A DNA stretch of 64,000 bases from Patescibacteria group bacterium (GCA_035291665.1 DATDRP010000006.1:145255-209254), one strand, 5' to 3'. Positions 1 to 9,957 are shown, counted from the stretch's first letter. Program-made: numbers and translations. The notes: a model not told the origin generated them from the letters alone.

Positions 1-654
1 AAAATTGCTGAAGAATGCGGTGTGTACAATCTCTCACTGGATTTGATCAAACTGATCGGGCGTTACAGATTCAGAACCTCATACGGTCAAAATCTCGGAA
101 TCCATACAATAGAAGAAACAAAAATCGGGGTTGCAGTTGCCCAGGAGCTCGGTGCTAATGTGGATATTGTACGTTTGGGATGTTTACTCCACGATATCGG
201 TAAAGTTGTAACCGACGAAGAAGGAACTCATGTTCAGGCCGGTGTTGCGGCACTAAAGAAATACGGCCTTCCGAAAGAAGTAATCGCAACGGTTGCCGAA
301 CATCATGAAGATAAACCTTTTTCATCAACAGAATCGGTAATTGTTTGGATTGCAGATGCCGTATCCGGATCGCGTCCGGGAGCAAGGTACGAACCGCACG
401 AAGACTATGTTCAGAGAATGGATAAAATTGAAGACCTGGCAACCGGATTTGAGGGTGTTGATGTTGCATACGCTTTTCAGGCCGGTAGGGATGTTCGCGT
501 AATTGTCAAACCTGATGAAATTGACGATGACAAGCTGGTTGTCCTTGCCCATGATATTGCGAAAAAACTTGAAAATGAGGCAGAATATGTCGGGCAGATA
601 AAAGTTACCGTTATCCGGGAAACCAGAGCCACAGAAACCACTTCAGCGAGATAA
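1..654 (+). CDS. rny: Ribonuclease Y, C-terminal HD domain (5'-truncated by window edge)
   Basis: Frame 1 is open from nt 1. The HD-domain motifs LLHDIGK and HHEDKPF...WIADAVSGSRPGARYE are typical of the RNase Y C-terminus. Stop TAA at 652-654. Confidence 0.8.
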   Translation, partial: KIAEECGVYNLSLDLIKLIGRYRFRTSYGQNLGIHTIEETKIGVAVAQELGANVDIVRLGCLLHDIGKVVTDEEGTHVQAGVAALKKYGLPKEVIATVAEHHEDKPFSSTESVIVWIADAVSGSRPGARYEPHEDYVQRMDKIEDLATGFEGVDVAYAFQAGRDVRVIVKPDEIDDDKLVVLAHDIAKKLENEAEYVGQIKVTVIRETRATETTSAR

Positions 655-699
655 AATATCAGTACAAAGAGAATAGTGAAAAGAAATAAGCAATAAAAA

Positions 700-840
700 T
701 AGGCAATAAGTTGTGGGATGTGAGTAGTGGGAATTGAGTCTTAAGTATTAAGTTTTAAGTAGTTAGTATTGATATATTCCTAATAACTTAATATCGAGTC
801 TCTTATATCCTGCAATCACTTTTTACCATATCCTTGACAT
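700..840 (-). repeat. CT-rich modular intergenic repeat, inverted copy (purine-rich on + strand)
   Basis: gtgggatgtgagtagtggga at ~725-744 is the exact reverse complement of tcccactactcacatcccac at ~53107-53126. It is followed by a ttaagt/attaag-rich segment related to the ttccttaattcctatattcctaat modules elsewhere. Confidence 0.5.
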
Positions 841-874
841 TTTTTATTTAATGTATTATCTTTTTGCTCAAGGT

Positions 875-1153
875 ATGACAAAAAAGGATCTTGTTGAAAT
901 CGTTGCACGGAAAGCCCACATGACTTCGAAAGCTGCTGAAGAAGCAATTGATGTATTTCTTGATGAAATCGGAAGATCACTTGGTAAAGGTGTAAAAAGA
1001 GTTGTGCTATCCGGTTTTGGAGTATTTAGGGTAACTTGGATGCAGGGGAAAACGGTTAAGATCCCAAACTCTGAAAAAACAGTATCAATAAAAAGACACC
1101 GGCTTCCACGATTTACTCCGGGCAGCAGGTTTAAAAAACAAGTCCAAAGATAG
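875..1153 (+). CDS. hup: HU/IHF-family nucleoid DNA-binding protein
   Basis: MTKKDLVEIVARKAHMTSKAAEEAIDVFLDEIGRSL...GFGVFRV...RxxRxP is a typical HU fold signature. AAGGT lies 4-5 nt upstream of ATG 875. The track ORF starts at 851, but MTKK is the likely start. Confidence 0.8.
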   Translation: MTKKDLVEIVARKAHMTSKAAEEAIDVFLDEIGRSLGKGVKRVVLSGFGVFRVTWMQGKTVKIPNSEKTVSIKRHRLPRFTPGSRFKKQVQR

Positions 1154-1230
1154 ATAAAAGAGATATTAAGATATTAGGATATTAAGTGACAGGAAGCAGA
1201 CTTCACTAAATACATTTAATTTTGAAATAA

Positions 1231-2196
1231 ATGAACAGTAAACTTCTGGTGATATGCGGAGCTACCGCAACGGGAAAAACTGAACTCGGATTGAAACTGG
1301 CAAAGAAATTTAATGGTGAAATTGTTTCTGCCGATTCGCGGCAGGTGTATAAACATATGGACATTGGTACAGGTAAAGACATACCGGACAACTTCAAGAG
1401 ACAAAAGTCAGAAATAATATTTAACAATAAATATGTGAATTATTTTACCGATGGCATTATTCGGCTATGGGGTTATGATTTGGCGGACACAAAAGAAGAA
1501 TTCAGTATTAGTCAATATGAAAAAGTTGGTCGGATGATTGTCAACGACATCTTCAAAAGGAATAAATTACCGATTATTATCGGCGGGTCGGGACTGTACA
1601 TTAAATCGCTGGTTGATCATATCGATACACTAAACATCCCCCGAAATGAAATATTACGTAAAAAACTTGAACTCATGGAACCTGACGAGCTCTATTTGGT
1701 TTTGGAAGAATTAGCGCCGGGTGTAGCAAGTTCTCTGAACAATTCTGACAAAAAAAACAAAAGAAGATTGATACGGAAGATTGAAATTGCAAAAAGTAAA
1801 TACCCAGTCGAAAAAAAGTTTGAGAATTATAACCCTTTATTTATTGGTCTAAAAGTTGATAAAAATAAATTAAAGAAAAGAATTGAAAAAAGAGTTTCTA
1901 AGAGACTTGAAATAGGATTTACCGAAGAGGTAAACAAACTTAAAAAAGCTGGATTAAGTCTTAAGGATCAATCAATGCAAACACCCGGCTATCGGCAAAT
2001 GCTACTAGGATTAGATATAAAGAGCACTCAGGCTATTTGGGTGAGCGAAGAAATAAAATATTCAAAAAGACAAATGACCTGGTTTTCAAAAGACAAGAGA
2101 ATAAATTGGTTTAATCCGGTTAATAGGGAAGATTCGGAGAAGCTGGTAAATATGTTAATGAAATGGTATAAAGAAATTGATGTACAAAAAAGTTGA
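1231..2196 (+). CDS. miaA: tRNA dimethylallyltransferase
   Basis: N-terminal P-loop ICGATATGKTELGLKLAKKFNGEIVSADSRQVYKHMDIGTGK matches the MiaA signature (xGPTAsGKT...IsaDSmQvYrgmdIgTAK). Confidence 0.85.
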   Translation: MNSKLLVICGATATGKTELGLKLAKKFNGEIVSADSRQVYKHMDIGTGKDIPDNFKRQKSEIIFNNKYVNYFTDGIIRLWGYDLADTKEEFSISQYEKVGRMIVNDIFKRNKLPIIIGGSGLYIKSLVDHIDTLNIPRNEILRKKLELMEPDELYLVLEELAPGVASSLNNSDKKNKRRLIRKIEIAKSKYPVEKKFENYNPLFIGLKVDKNKLKKRIEKRVSKRLEIGFTEEVNKLKKAGLSLKDQSMQTPGYRQMLLGLDIKSTQAIWVSEEIKYSKRQMTWFSKDKRINWFNPVNREDSEKLVNMLMKWYKEIDVQKS

Positions 2197-3163
2197 AATT
2201 TCCCACAAAACTATTATTTTTACTGTCTTATTTATACTCCTTCTGTGGTTTTTGTATTATATGAGGGATATTTTGTTTCAGGTGTTTGTGGCACTGATTA
2301 TATCCGCATCGTTTAACCCTTCCGTAACAAGAATTGTACGATTAAAAATTCCAAGGTCGCTGGCTGTAGTTATTGTTTATTTCATTTTCTTAGGAATTAT
2401 TGGCTTTTCCTTATATATTCTGATCCCTACTTTGATTGATCAAAGTACTAATTTTGTAAAAAATCTACCGGTTTATTTAGCGGGTTTAGGGCTGCCGGAT
2501 GTCGTGCGTGATCGAATTCTTTCGGAACTTCTCTTACAGGTAGGTACTATTCCCAGCCAGATAGCAAAAGCAGTCGTTTCTATTTTTTCGAATGTTCTGA
2601 ACTTTGTCGCAGTTTTAATATTCTCTTTTTATTTTCTGGTTTATCGAAACAAATTAATTAGCAATCTGAGGGAATTTGAGGGGCTGAAAAACAAAAAGAA
2701 TATTATCTACGCGATAGAAAACATTGAACACAAAATTGGAAATTGGGCAAGGGGAGAGCTTGCGTTGATGTTTATTGTCGGAACTGCCACTTATATCGGA
2801 CTTTTAATGATGTCAGTCCCATATGCACTTCCATTGGGAATTTTGGCTGGTCTATTTGAAATGGTTCCTCTCATCGGGCCGTTTATCGCCGGAGCTCCGG
2901 CAGTTTTAATAGGATTTGGTACCTCTCCTGTAACCGGAGTTGCAGTTGCAGCGTTGGCATTTTTGATTCAACAGGTTGAAAATTATTTCTTGGTACCAAA
3001 AATTATGCAGAAATCGGTAGGGCTGAATCCTATTGTCACATTATTAACACTTACTGTCGGTTTCCGACTTTTCGGAATAATAGGGGCACTCATTGCAATT
3101 CCGATTGTTTTAACAATACAGGTTATTGTTGTTGAGTATATATCCTTCAAGGATAAGGAATAG
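2177..3163 (+). CDS. AI-2E family (UPF0118/PerM-like) transporter, multi-pass membrane protein
   Basis: 8 predicted hydrophobic helices. Conserved AI-2E block GNWARGELALMFIVG...LGILAGLFEMVPLIGPFIAGAPAVL. Overlaps the miaA end by 20 nt. Confidence 0.7.
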   Translation: MMYKKVEISHKTIIFTVLFILLLWFLYYMRDILFQVFVALIISASFNPSVTRIVRLKIPRSLAVVIVYFIFLGIIGFSLYILIPTLIDQSTNFVKNLPVYLAGLGLPDVVRDRILSELLLQVGTIPSQIAKAVVSIFSNVLNFVAVLIFSFYFLVYRNKLISNLREFEGLKNKKNIIYAIENIEHKIGNWARGELALMFIVGTATYIGLLMMSVPYALPLGILAGLFEMVPLIGPFIAGAPAVLIGFGTSPVTGVAVAALAFLIQQVENYFLVPKIMQKSVGLNPIVTLLTLTVGFRLFGIIGALIAIPIVLTIQVIVVEYISFKDKE

Positions 3164-3195
3164 GTGTCTTTAAGTATTTATATCCTATATTATTT

Positions 3196-3224
3196 TACTT
3201 CATTTGCTTGGATTTGGTATAATA
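3196..3224 (+). promoter_or_regulatory. Sigma70-type promoter for rnpB: -35 TTACTT, 17-nt spacer, extended -10 TGGTATAAT
   Basis: ttactt(3196-3201)...tggtataat(3216-3224). The predicted TSS at ~3230 coincides with the start of the P1 helix of the RNase P RNA. Confidence 0.5.
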
Positions 3225-3229
3225 TACAT

Positions 3230-3748
3230 GCTTTGGAGAAGGAGTGATCGCCACGTTCAGTTAACATGAACGTGGAGGAAAGTCCAGGCAGCAGTAAGAA
3301 GGGAACGGAGCGTAAGCTCCGACTGGAAGCCAGCTTAGCTGGTGAACAGCTGGTGTCTTTGGTTTGTGAAAATAAACTAAGAACCGAATCTGAATTGACA
3401 GATTTGGAGAGTCACAGAGACGATCCTTCGGTTAAACTTGAGGAATTACGACATTAATCAGCAAGTAACTTTGCGATAGATGACTAATCCTTAGGCACAT
3501 TGAAGGGGTGAAACGCTGATAATCCCACCCGCTGCAACCTCCGACTATCCCACCCTTTTTATTTTTTATAAAGTAAAAAGACAAAGCAGCTTACCTGAAA
3601 TTTATTAGGAATGATAGAAATATCAATTCAATAAAGGCGGGATGAAGCTTGAGGGCAGTCCTGATTAATTCGGGACAACTCCGATTTAATCGGAGTTAGA
3701 CAGATGATCACTTAGAAACAGAACCTGGCTTACTATTCTCCAAAGCCT
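3230..3748 (+). ncRNA. rnpB: RNase P RNA, bacterial type A
   Basis: P1: GCTTTGGAGAA (3230-3240) pairs with TTCTCCAAAGCC (3736-3747). P3 hairpin ccacgttcagttaacatgaacgtgg. P4 5' strand GGAGGAAAGTCCAGGC (~3274-3289) pairs with the P4 3' strand ACAGAACCTGGCTTAC (~3718-3733), including a compensatory A/T change. GGGGTGAAACGCTG resembles the P10/11 GGGTGAAA block; AGACAGATGATCAC resembles the E. coli TAGATGAATGAC block. The 63-aa ORF 3266-3457 inside it is spurious. Confidence 0.75.
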
Positions 3749-3752
3749 TAAG

Positions 3753-3779
3753 AAACCCACAAGTATTTGTGGGTTTTTT
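3753..3779 (+). terminator. Rho-independent terminator after rnpB
   Basis: aaacccac-aagtattt-gtgggttt followed by a T-run. Confidence 0.6.
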
Positions 3780-3843
3780 CATGAATAATGAATAGCAAAG
3801 TTTTCACCGAAGGAGGGGTTTTTACTATTCTCCAAAGCCTTAA

Positions 3844-3870
3844 AAAACCCCGATGGAGTCGGGGTTTTTT
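3844..3870 (+). terminator. Second rho-independent terminator, preceded by a duplicate of the rnpB P1-3' sequence
   Basis: aaaaccccga-tggag-tcggggtttttt. The upstream 19-mer ctattctccaaagccttaa (3826-3844) duplicates 3733-3751. Confidence 0.55.
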
Positions 3871-3900
3871 AGTTGCAAGGAAGGATGTTAAAATTAAGTT

Positions 3901-4095
3901 ATGAATACATTCTTTTTCATGATTTCAATCCTCTGTTTCATGCATGCTTTGAGAGACTATCTTCAAATGAAGGGAATTAACAACTGGTTTACAGAATTCG
4001 GACATATTTGGAAAAAACCGGAATGGGAAAAATATAGTGCAGTATTTTTTTCTATTTTGGGATTGATATTGTTATTTTTCGCAATTAGAAATTAG
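3901..4095 (+). CDS. Hypothetical small membrane protein (2 TM)
   Basis: 64-aa ORF with two hydrophobic segments. No convincing RBS. Confidence 0.3.
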   Translation: MNTFFFMISILCFMHALRDYLQMKGINNWFTEFGHIWKKPEWEKYSAVFFSILGLILLFFAIRN

Positions 4096-4189
4096 ATCAA
4101 TTAGTAATTTTTTAGACTCGTTTATGTAATATAATAAAAACATAGCTTTACCTTTATTTAATATATGAGGTAGAAAGTGGTGCCTGCCT

Positions 4190-5869
4190 ATGTTATTGTC
4201 GAATGACAAACTTAAGAAGATACTTGTCGGGTCCGGATATATTACGGAACCCGATTTTGATAACGCCGTACAAAGTGCCACTGACCTGGGAAAAGACGTC
4301 TCTGACATCCTGATCTTCAGAGGATTAATCAGCGAGGATGCACTGGGTAAACTAATTTCCCAGCACTTCAATATTCCATACGTTGACGTACGGAGAATGT
4401 TTATATCAACAGAAATCCTGAAGCTGATTCCTGAGAAGTTGGCCAGGGTGTATCGAATGATTCCTTTTGAACTTACGGGGAAAAAACTTAAGGTTGCAAT
4501 GGAAAACCCTGAGGATTTTGAGGGTTTGGAATTCGCAAAACGTCAAACTGGTTTTGAGGTTGAACCGTATTTTGCAAGGTCGGAAGATATTTCAAAAGCG
4601 CTTGGACAATACAAAAAGAATCTGAAAAGCGACTTTGAGAAAATTATTTCTGAAAACCTGAAAAAAGCCAGTGTCAGCGGTAATTTGGAAAAAGCGGCAG
4701 AGGATGTTCCCATTGTTAAAATTTTAAACACAATTTTTGAATATGCTGTTGCTGCTAGGGCTTCCGATATACATATTGAAACACAAACAGATGATGTTGT
4801 AGTCAGATTCAGAATAGATGGAGTTTTACGGGACATCATAAAGTTTCAGCGCGGTATTGAAGAAGCAATTATTGCCAGAATCAAGATTCTTTCTAATTTA
4901 AAAATTGACGAACATCGTATTCCTCAGGACGGAAGATATAAATTCAATATTGATGACGAAGTGGTCGCACTTCGTATTTCTATAATCCCCGGATTTGTTG
5001 GGGAAAACGTTGTCATGAGAATTCTTCGCGAGACCAACCGGCCGTTGAGTTTTGAAGAGCTGGGTATAACCGGAAAAGGCTTGAAAATTCTTAGAGATAA
5101 TACTTCAAAACCACACGGAATGATTCTTGTCACGGGTCCGACCGGATCCGGAAAAACTACGACTCTCTACTCCGTTTTGAATGTCTTAAATACAATTGAA
5201 GTTAAGATCTGTACAATTGAAGATCCGATTGAGTACGGAGTTAACCGAGTAACTCAAATTCAGGTAAATCCAAAAACAGGATTAACTTTTGCCTTAGGCC
5301 TTCGGGCTTTAATGAGACACGACCCGGATATTATTATGGTTGGAGAAATCCGCGATCAGGAAACAGCAGAAATAGCAATTCATTCTGCTTTGACGGGACA
5401 TCTGGTATTATCCACCCTGCACACAAATACGGCATCCGGCGCAGTACCCCGGCTTTTGGACATGGGTGCAGAACCGTATCTTTTGGCTTCAACTCTGAAT
5501 CTGATCGTGGCGCAAAGACTGGTTCGGAGGATTTGCCAGACATGCATTACAAAATACCAACCCGATCCGGAAATAATAAAGCGCATCGAGAAGGATCTTG
5601 GAGCAGACTATATAAAAATAAAATTTTATAAAGGCAAAGGTTGCGATGAGTGTAATAATAAGGGCTATTCAGGACGGGTTGGCATATATGAAATACTACC
5701 CGTTACAGAAAAACTACGGGAAGTAATTTCAAAAAAACCATCTTCCGAAATGCTTGAAGATCAGGCATTAAAGGAAGGGATGGTTTCAATGCTTCAGGAC
5801 GGAGTTGATAAGGTTTCAGCAGGACAAACGACTATTGAAGAAGTCTTTAGAGTAGCAAGCGAAGATTAA
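4190..5869 (+). CDS. pilB: Type IV pilus assembly ATPase PilB (GspE family)
   Basis: N-terminal T2SSE_N-like domain. Walker A VTGPTGSGKTTTLYS, Asp box, Walker B and His box. C-terminal tetracysteine CxxC...CxxC. Confidence 0.9.
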   Translation: MLLSNDKLKKILVGSGYITEPDFDNAVQSATDLGKDVSDILIFRGLISEDALGKLISQHFNIPYVDVRRMFISTEILKLIPEKLARVYRMIPFELTGKKLKVAMENPEDFEGLEFAKRQTGFEVEPYFARSEDISKALGQYKKNLKSDFEKIISENLKKASVSGNLEKAAEDVPIVKILNTIFEYAVAARASDIHIETQTDDVVVRFRIDGVLRDIIKFQRGIEEAIIARIKILSNLKIDEHRIPQDGRYKFNIDDEVVALRISIIPGFVGENVVMRILRETNRPLSFEELGITGKGLKILRDNTSKPHGMILVTGPTGSGKTTTLYSVLNVLNTIEVKICTIEDPIEYGVNRVTQIQVNPKTGLTFALGLRALMRHDPDIIMVGEIRDQETAEIAIHSALTGHLVLSTLHTNTASGAVPRLLDMGAEPYLLASTLNLIVAQRLVRRICQTCITKYQPDPEIIKRIEKDLGADYIKIKFYKGKGCDECNNKGYSGRVGIYEILPVTEKLREVISKKPSSEMLEDQALKEGMVSMLQDGVDKVSAGQTTIEEVFRVASED

Positions 5870-5877
5870 AAAAGCTT

Positions 5878-7086
5878 ATGCCCTTATTTACATACAAAGT
5901 TAAAAATAAAAAAGGAGAATTAATTGAAGATGTCATTCAAGCTGCGGACAGTAAGGATGTCCAGTCTAACCTTCAAGCTGAAGGTTATCAGATTTTGACC
6001 ATCAGAAGGTTGGACTCAAAATTAAGCAGCCTCTCAGCAGGTGGAATTTCAATTTCAGAAAAAGCCGCCTTTTGCAGATTTTTGGCAACCATGTTGCGGG
6101 CGGGTCTTCCGCTTCCTGAAGCAATCGACATCATAAAAGATGATACGAAAAATCGTAAACTTAAAAAAGTACTTTTTGATATCGCATATGAAATTCGAAA
6201 AGGGAAAACCATGTCATCAGTATTGTCAAAGTATAAACGGGATTTTGACCCTGTTTTTCTGACGATGGTTAAGGCAGGAGAAGAATCAGGAACGATTGAT
6301 AAAAGCTTCGATTATCTCGCCAAACAATTATTAATGACATATGAACTAATTCAAAAAGTGAAAGGTGCGATGATGTACCCGATAGTTATAGTTGCTGCTA
6401 TGGGGGCAAATTTTGTTGTCATGCTTGTTTTTGTTTTGCCGAAACTTTCCAATGTTTTTCTTCAATTAAATGTTGAATTGCCTCCTGCCACCCGATTTGT
6501 GATGGAAACCGGCCAATTCATTGGCGACAATACGGTATTAGTTTTGGGAATTTTAATCGGTTTATTGGTTATAGGTTTTGTTCTTTTTACAGTTCAAAAG
6601 ACCCGGGATGCTATAACAGACTTTTTCATGCGCCTTCCTGCAATAAAAGATTTAATTATTCAGATTGACGTTGCCAGGTTTTCAAGAACACTTTCAACAC
6701 TTCTTCGAAGCGGAGTACCGATTATGGTCTGCCTGGAAGTTTGTGCAAATATCATGCGTCAGCCGGCACTCAAGAAACAGGCAAAACTTTTCGGTGAAAA
6801 AGTTGCTGAAGGAAAACAGCTTTCTGAAGTAATTGTAGGAGGTAGTAAAGCGTTTCCGTCAACTGTAATTCAAACAATTAAAGCAGGAGAAAAAAGCGGA
6901 AGTCTGGAAGATGTTCTGGAGGAAATGGCTGAATTTTATGAGAGGGAAGTCGATTACAATCTGAAGAAATTGACGTCTTTACTGGAACCTCTTTTGATGT
7001 TGGTTATCGGGGTAGCGGTGGGTGCGATGGTAATAATTATGATAACACCGATTTATTCTCTGGTCGGCGGGCTTGATAAGTTCTAA
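5878..7086 (+). CDS. pilC: Type IV pilus inner-membrane platform protein PilC (GspF family)
   Basis: Two GspF repeats with 3 TM. Typical C-terminal LLEPLLMLVIGVAVGAMVIIMITPIYSL. Confidence 0.9.
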   Translation: MPLFTYKVKNKKGELIEDVIQAADSKDVQSNLQAEGYQILTIRRLDSKLSSLSAGGISISEKAAFCRFLATMLRAGLPLPEAIDIIKDDTKNRKLKKVLFDIAYEIRKGKTMSSVLSKYKRDFDPVFLTMVKAGEESGTIDKSFDYLAKQLLMTYELIQKVKGAMMYPIVIVAAMGANFVVMLVFVLPKLSNVFLQLNVELPPATRFVMETGQFIGDNTVLVLGILIGLLVIGFVLFTVQKTRDAITDFFMRLPAIKDLIIQIDVARFSRTLSTLLRSGVPIMVCLEVCANIMRQPALKKQAKLFGEKVAEGKQLSEVIVGGSKAFPSTVIQTIKAGEKSGSLEDVLEEMAEFYEREVDYNLKKLTSLLEPLLMLVIGVAVGAMVIIMITPIYSLVGGLDKF

Positions 7087-7136
7087 ACGATTCGGTTCAA
7101 AATTCAATACCCCTCCGAATATATATAAAATTTCTC

Positions 7137-7853
7137 ATGAAGGAAGAAAAAGAAATTGATATCAGAAAATTGTTAAGCAATCCGGTTTATATTGTTTTGA
7201 TTGTAATTGGTTTAATCATAATTATTTTTGTTGTTTATATATTAGTCGGAAGAAATAGGAGTCTTAATGACGCACCGATAAAAGAAGGCCAAATCATGAT
7301 TCAAAAAGGAGACGAAGTTATCACAATTAATAGCAACGGACTTGTGGAGTATAAATCGAAAGACAAAGTCTATTATGAAACCTGGGATACCTCAAGAATA
7401 TCTTCATTTTTTACGCTGATTGAAAATAAAGCCCGTGAATCTTTAAAAAATCCGGATCAGAAAAAATGCGTATATAAAATTTATCTTTTCCTTGACGGAA
7501 AACTGGTTAATTTCTGTACAGATGACGAAGAAATTGCGGATACAGTTGAGGAAATATCTAACAAATATTCGGAAGAAGATCTTAGCGGTTACTTTCAGGA
7601 CGGGGAGGGATCTGGTGGAGACGGTGATGAGGATTTTGATGGTACGATTCATTTTCCTACACCAACACCCACAATTTCATTGATCTCACCTGTCCCGACA
7701 CCGACATCAACTCAATCCTCCGGCGGATCACAAACAAATTATCCGCCAGTGAATGCCGGCTGCGATACATGGAGTGTGAGTATTGTCGGGGGAAGAGCTG
7801 TAATTTCGAATACCTACTGCACAACCCAGCCAACGGCCACCCCGACGCCCTGA
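7137..7853 (+). CDS. Hypothetical membrane-anchored protein with PT-rich linker and Cys-containing C-terminal module
   Basis: N-terminal TM (VYIVLIVIGLIIIIFVVYILV). Acidic stretch DGEGSGGDGDEDFDG. PTPTPT linker. C-terminal CDTWSVSIVGGRAVISNTYC. Located directly after pilC. Confidence 0.5.
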   Translation: MKEEKEIDIRKLLSNPVYIVLIVIGLIIIIFVVYILVGRNRSLNDAPIKEGQIMIQKGDEVITINSNGLVEYKSKDKVYYETWDTSRISSFFTLIENKARESLKNPDQKKCVYKIYLFLDGKLVNFCTDDEEIADTVEEISNKYSEEDLSGYFQDGEGSGGDGDEDFDGTIHFPTPTPTISLISPVPTPTSTQSSGGSQTNYPPVNAGCDTWSVSIVGGRAVISNTYCTTQPTATPTP

Positions 7854-7864
7854 CGTTATTGTTC

Positions 7865-9295
7865 TTACTGGGCTTTTTCTTCAGTCCAGGATATGAATTC
7901 GTACTGACCCGAAGTTGGAAAATAAGGTGGAGGATTGTATAAAACATTTGTATCGTAATTGATCTCCCTCTGACGGAATCCGGACTCCGGACCTTCGCCG
8001 AAATTCCAATAGGACTTGAAATAAGATATGACTGAACCGTTTAATATTAGTTTTTGTTTAACAGCCTCATCCGTTCCCCCGCACCAATTGAAATAACCGT
8101 GACGTATTATTGTTCCCTGTTGTGTTAAAAGTACACCGTCGACCTGAAACTCCTCGGGTACGCTTCTTGTAAAATAAATATCGTTTTGGGATACGATACC
8201 GATAACATCGCTGCCGTCGTAGGCGGTATATTTTATGCTATTTGGTATATATATTACTGAACTGCTCGATTTGAGGGGAAAATCAACTGCAGCTACTGTA
8301 AGTCTTCCCCTGACCGTTCCTTCAATCCACAAGTCATCTTCAGCAAAAATAATCGGGACATCAACTACATTATAAGTACCCAAGAAGGTTTCGGAGCCAA
8401 TAATCTGGTAACTTTTCCGGCATCCTCCTATTCCGAATTCACCCAATCCCTGTCCGGGAACTGAATAAGCTTTCGTATAATCCGTAGAAATAACTTTATT
8501 AATTCTGACCGTTCCGTCACTCAGAAATAGTAAGTGATAGCCATCCGCGTTTGAATTATCAAGGTATAGTCCGTCGGATTTTGCGAAGTTTCTCATGTTT
8601 GAAAAGTCAACCGCAACGCTGTCAAAATCAACAAATGGAACGGGAAATTGCCAAAGTGCCTGGTCCCCGCCGGATCCCCATACACCATCCTTCGGTTCCG
8701 GGGGGTGACAGCCGGTCTCAGACCCGCACATGTATTCAAGCTGGGCACTGGAGACTATGGACGTATTTGTTCCATCCATTCTTATACCGTTGTTTGAATG
8801 TATTTTTCCGTTGACAACTGATCCTGATCCATACCAAGTACTTCCGTTTGACAAGAAAGAATAGATCGCCATTGAGGGAATTCCGTATTGAGCTTTAATT
8901 TTACGTTTTATTTTTGGATATTGATCGCTCCACGCAGTTGATTCGATGGTGACTATGGTTGAACCCTCCTGTGGAGGTGTTATTTCTAGGCTGTAATATC
9001 CCATTAAGGTTCCTTGGGGATCTTTGTATTCATGAACAAACGGGCCGTAGGGTACAGGTGTCACAGGAGTTCCCGTGCCATCGGTAAAATCATCAGGATC
9101 ATGTGCAAGATGCCATTTATAGTAATTTATACCGGCTTCTGAAATATTGAGGGCGCGTTCAGATGCAATTTGCCTGTTTGAGCTGTCGACTTGAACACCC
9201 AAAACGAACAACATGCCATAGATTATTATTATGAACGAGGCCGTAATAATAAGAATGGCCGGTGTTGCAAAACCGTTGTGTGTATTTTTTAACAT
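7865..9295 (-). CDS. Large pilus-associated protein, PilX-like N-terminus (putative minor pilin or tip-associated factor)
   Basis: N-terminal hydrophobic helix (NGFATPAILIITASFIIIIYGML) followed by RALNISEAGINYY, which resembles the PilX_N consensus (R..A...AEAG). Last gene of the minus-strand minor-pilin operon. Confidence 0.5.
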   Translation of the reverse strand: MLKNTHNGFATPAILIITASFIIIIYGMLFVLGVQVDSSNRQIASERALNISEAGINYYKWHLAHDPDDFTDGTGTPVTPVPYGPFVHEYKDPQGTLMGYYSLEITPPQEGSTIVTIESTAWSDQYPKIKRKIKAQYGIPSMAIYSFLSNGSTWYGSGSVVNGKIHSNNGIRMDGTNTSIVSSAQLEYMCGSETGCHPPEPKDGVWGSGGDQALWQFPVPFVDFDSVAVDFSNMRNFAKSDGLYLDNSNADGYHLLFLSDGTVRINKVISTDYTKAYSVPGQGLGEFGIGGCRKSYQIIGSETFLGTYNVVDVPIIFAEDDLWIEGTVRGRLTVAAVDFPLKSSSSVIYIPNSIKYTAYDGSDVIGIVSQNDIYFTRSVPEEFQVDGVLLTQQGTIIRHGYFNWCGGTDEAVKQKLILNGSVISYFKSYWNFGEGPESGFRQREINYDTNVLYNPPPYFPTSGQYEFISWTEEKAQ

Positions 9296-9345
9296 TTTCT
9301 GGTTTACATTAAGTATAAAATAATTGCAAACGTATAGGATGCTAG

Positions 9346-9957
9346 CTAAAGGTTATCTTTTAACATCCTGATGTTTGATATTGATTCAACTTCATAACCA
9401 TTAGCGGTATCACCGTTTTTGACAAGGAGATAAATTTTTACACTTCTGGTATCAGCAAGTCGATTAGTCATCCCGAGGGGGTTATTGATAATATCTTCCG
9501 GCCAATCGGCGTTGTAATAGTAAAAAACGGGAGTTTCGTTATAGATATTTTCGTTAAGCGTAATTACTGTTTCTGTATCCTGGTTATACTGTGCAGGATA
9601 ACCGGAAGGTTCAATAACACCTTTGTATAAATTGTGTTCATTTAAAAAATAACGGACTTTTTCTGTGCTTCCGTCAAGATCGATATCGGAGTAAAAACCG
9701 ATACTTTGGTCATCTACGTTGAACAAAGAATATGCTCCGTTGTCGCTGGTTTTTGCAGCCCGAATCTCTTTTATAAAAGTTGAAATAATCAAGTTTGCCT
9801 CATCAACGGATTTATAGCTTCTGGTTACCAGTATTTGGTTTTGGGTAAGAATATATTGAAGAGATACCAAACCAATTCCGATAAATGACAGGATTGTTAC
9901 GGCAATTAAAACCTCGATTAAAGAAATTCCTTTTTGTTTTGTTTTTATAGACATCAT
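9346..9957 (-). CDS. Prepilin-type N-terminal cleavage/methylation-domain protein (minor pilin, PilW/FimT-like)
   Basis: MMSIKTKQKG|ISLIEVLIAVTILSFIGIGL: a class III signal peptide with Gly at -1 and Glu at +5. Confidence 0.7.
   Translation of the reverse strand: MMSIKTKQKGISLIEVLIAVTILSFIGIGLVSLQYILTQNQILVTRSYKSVDEANLIISTFIKEIRAAKTSDNGAYSLFNVDDQSIGFYSDIDLDGSTEKVRYFLNEHNLYKGVIEPSGYPAQYNQDTETVITLNENIYNETPVFYYYNADWPEDIINNPLGMTNRLADTRSVKIYLLVKNGDTANGYEVESISNIRMLKDNL

Noticed and set aside
834-859. TTGACA ... TATTAT promoter upstream of hup
   Set aside because: Hexamers are good but the spacer is only 14 nt, so it is not reported as a confident promoter.
3266-3457. 63-aa ORF
   Set aside because: Lies entirely inside the RNase P RNA (it overlaps the P4 strand GGAGGAAAGTCCAGGC). 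Its coding potential is an artefact of the structured RNA.
4072-4371. 99-aa minus-strand ORF overlapping the pilB start
   Set aside because: Overlaps the strongly supported pilB N-terminus in antisense. No motif. The same applies to the many other antisense ORFs in the track (e.g. 155-469, 4543-4839, 5988-6212, 10811-11035, 33310-33840, 44672-45229, 49417-49837).
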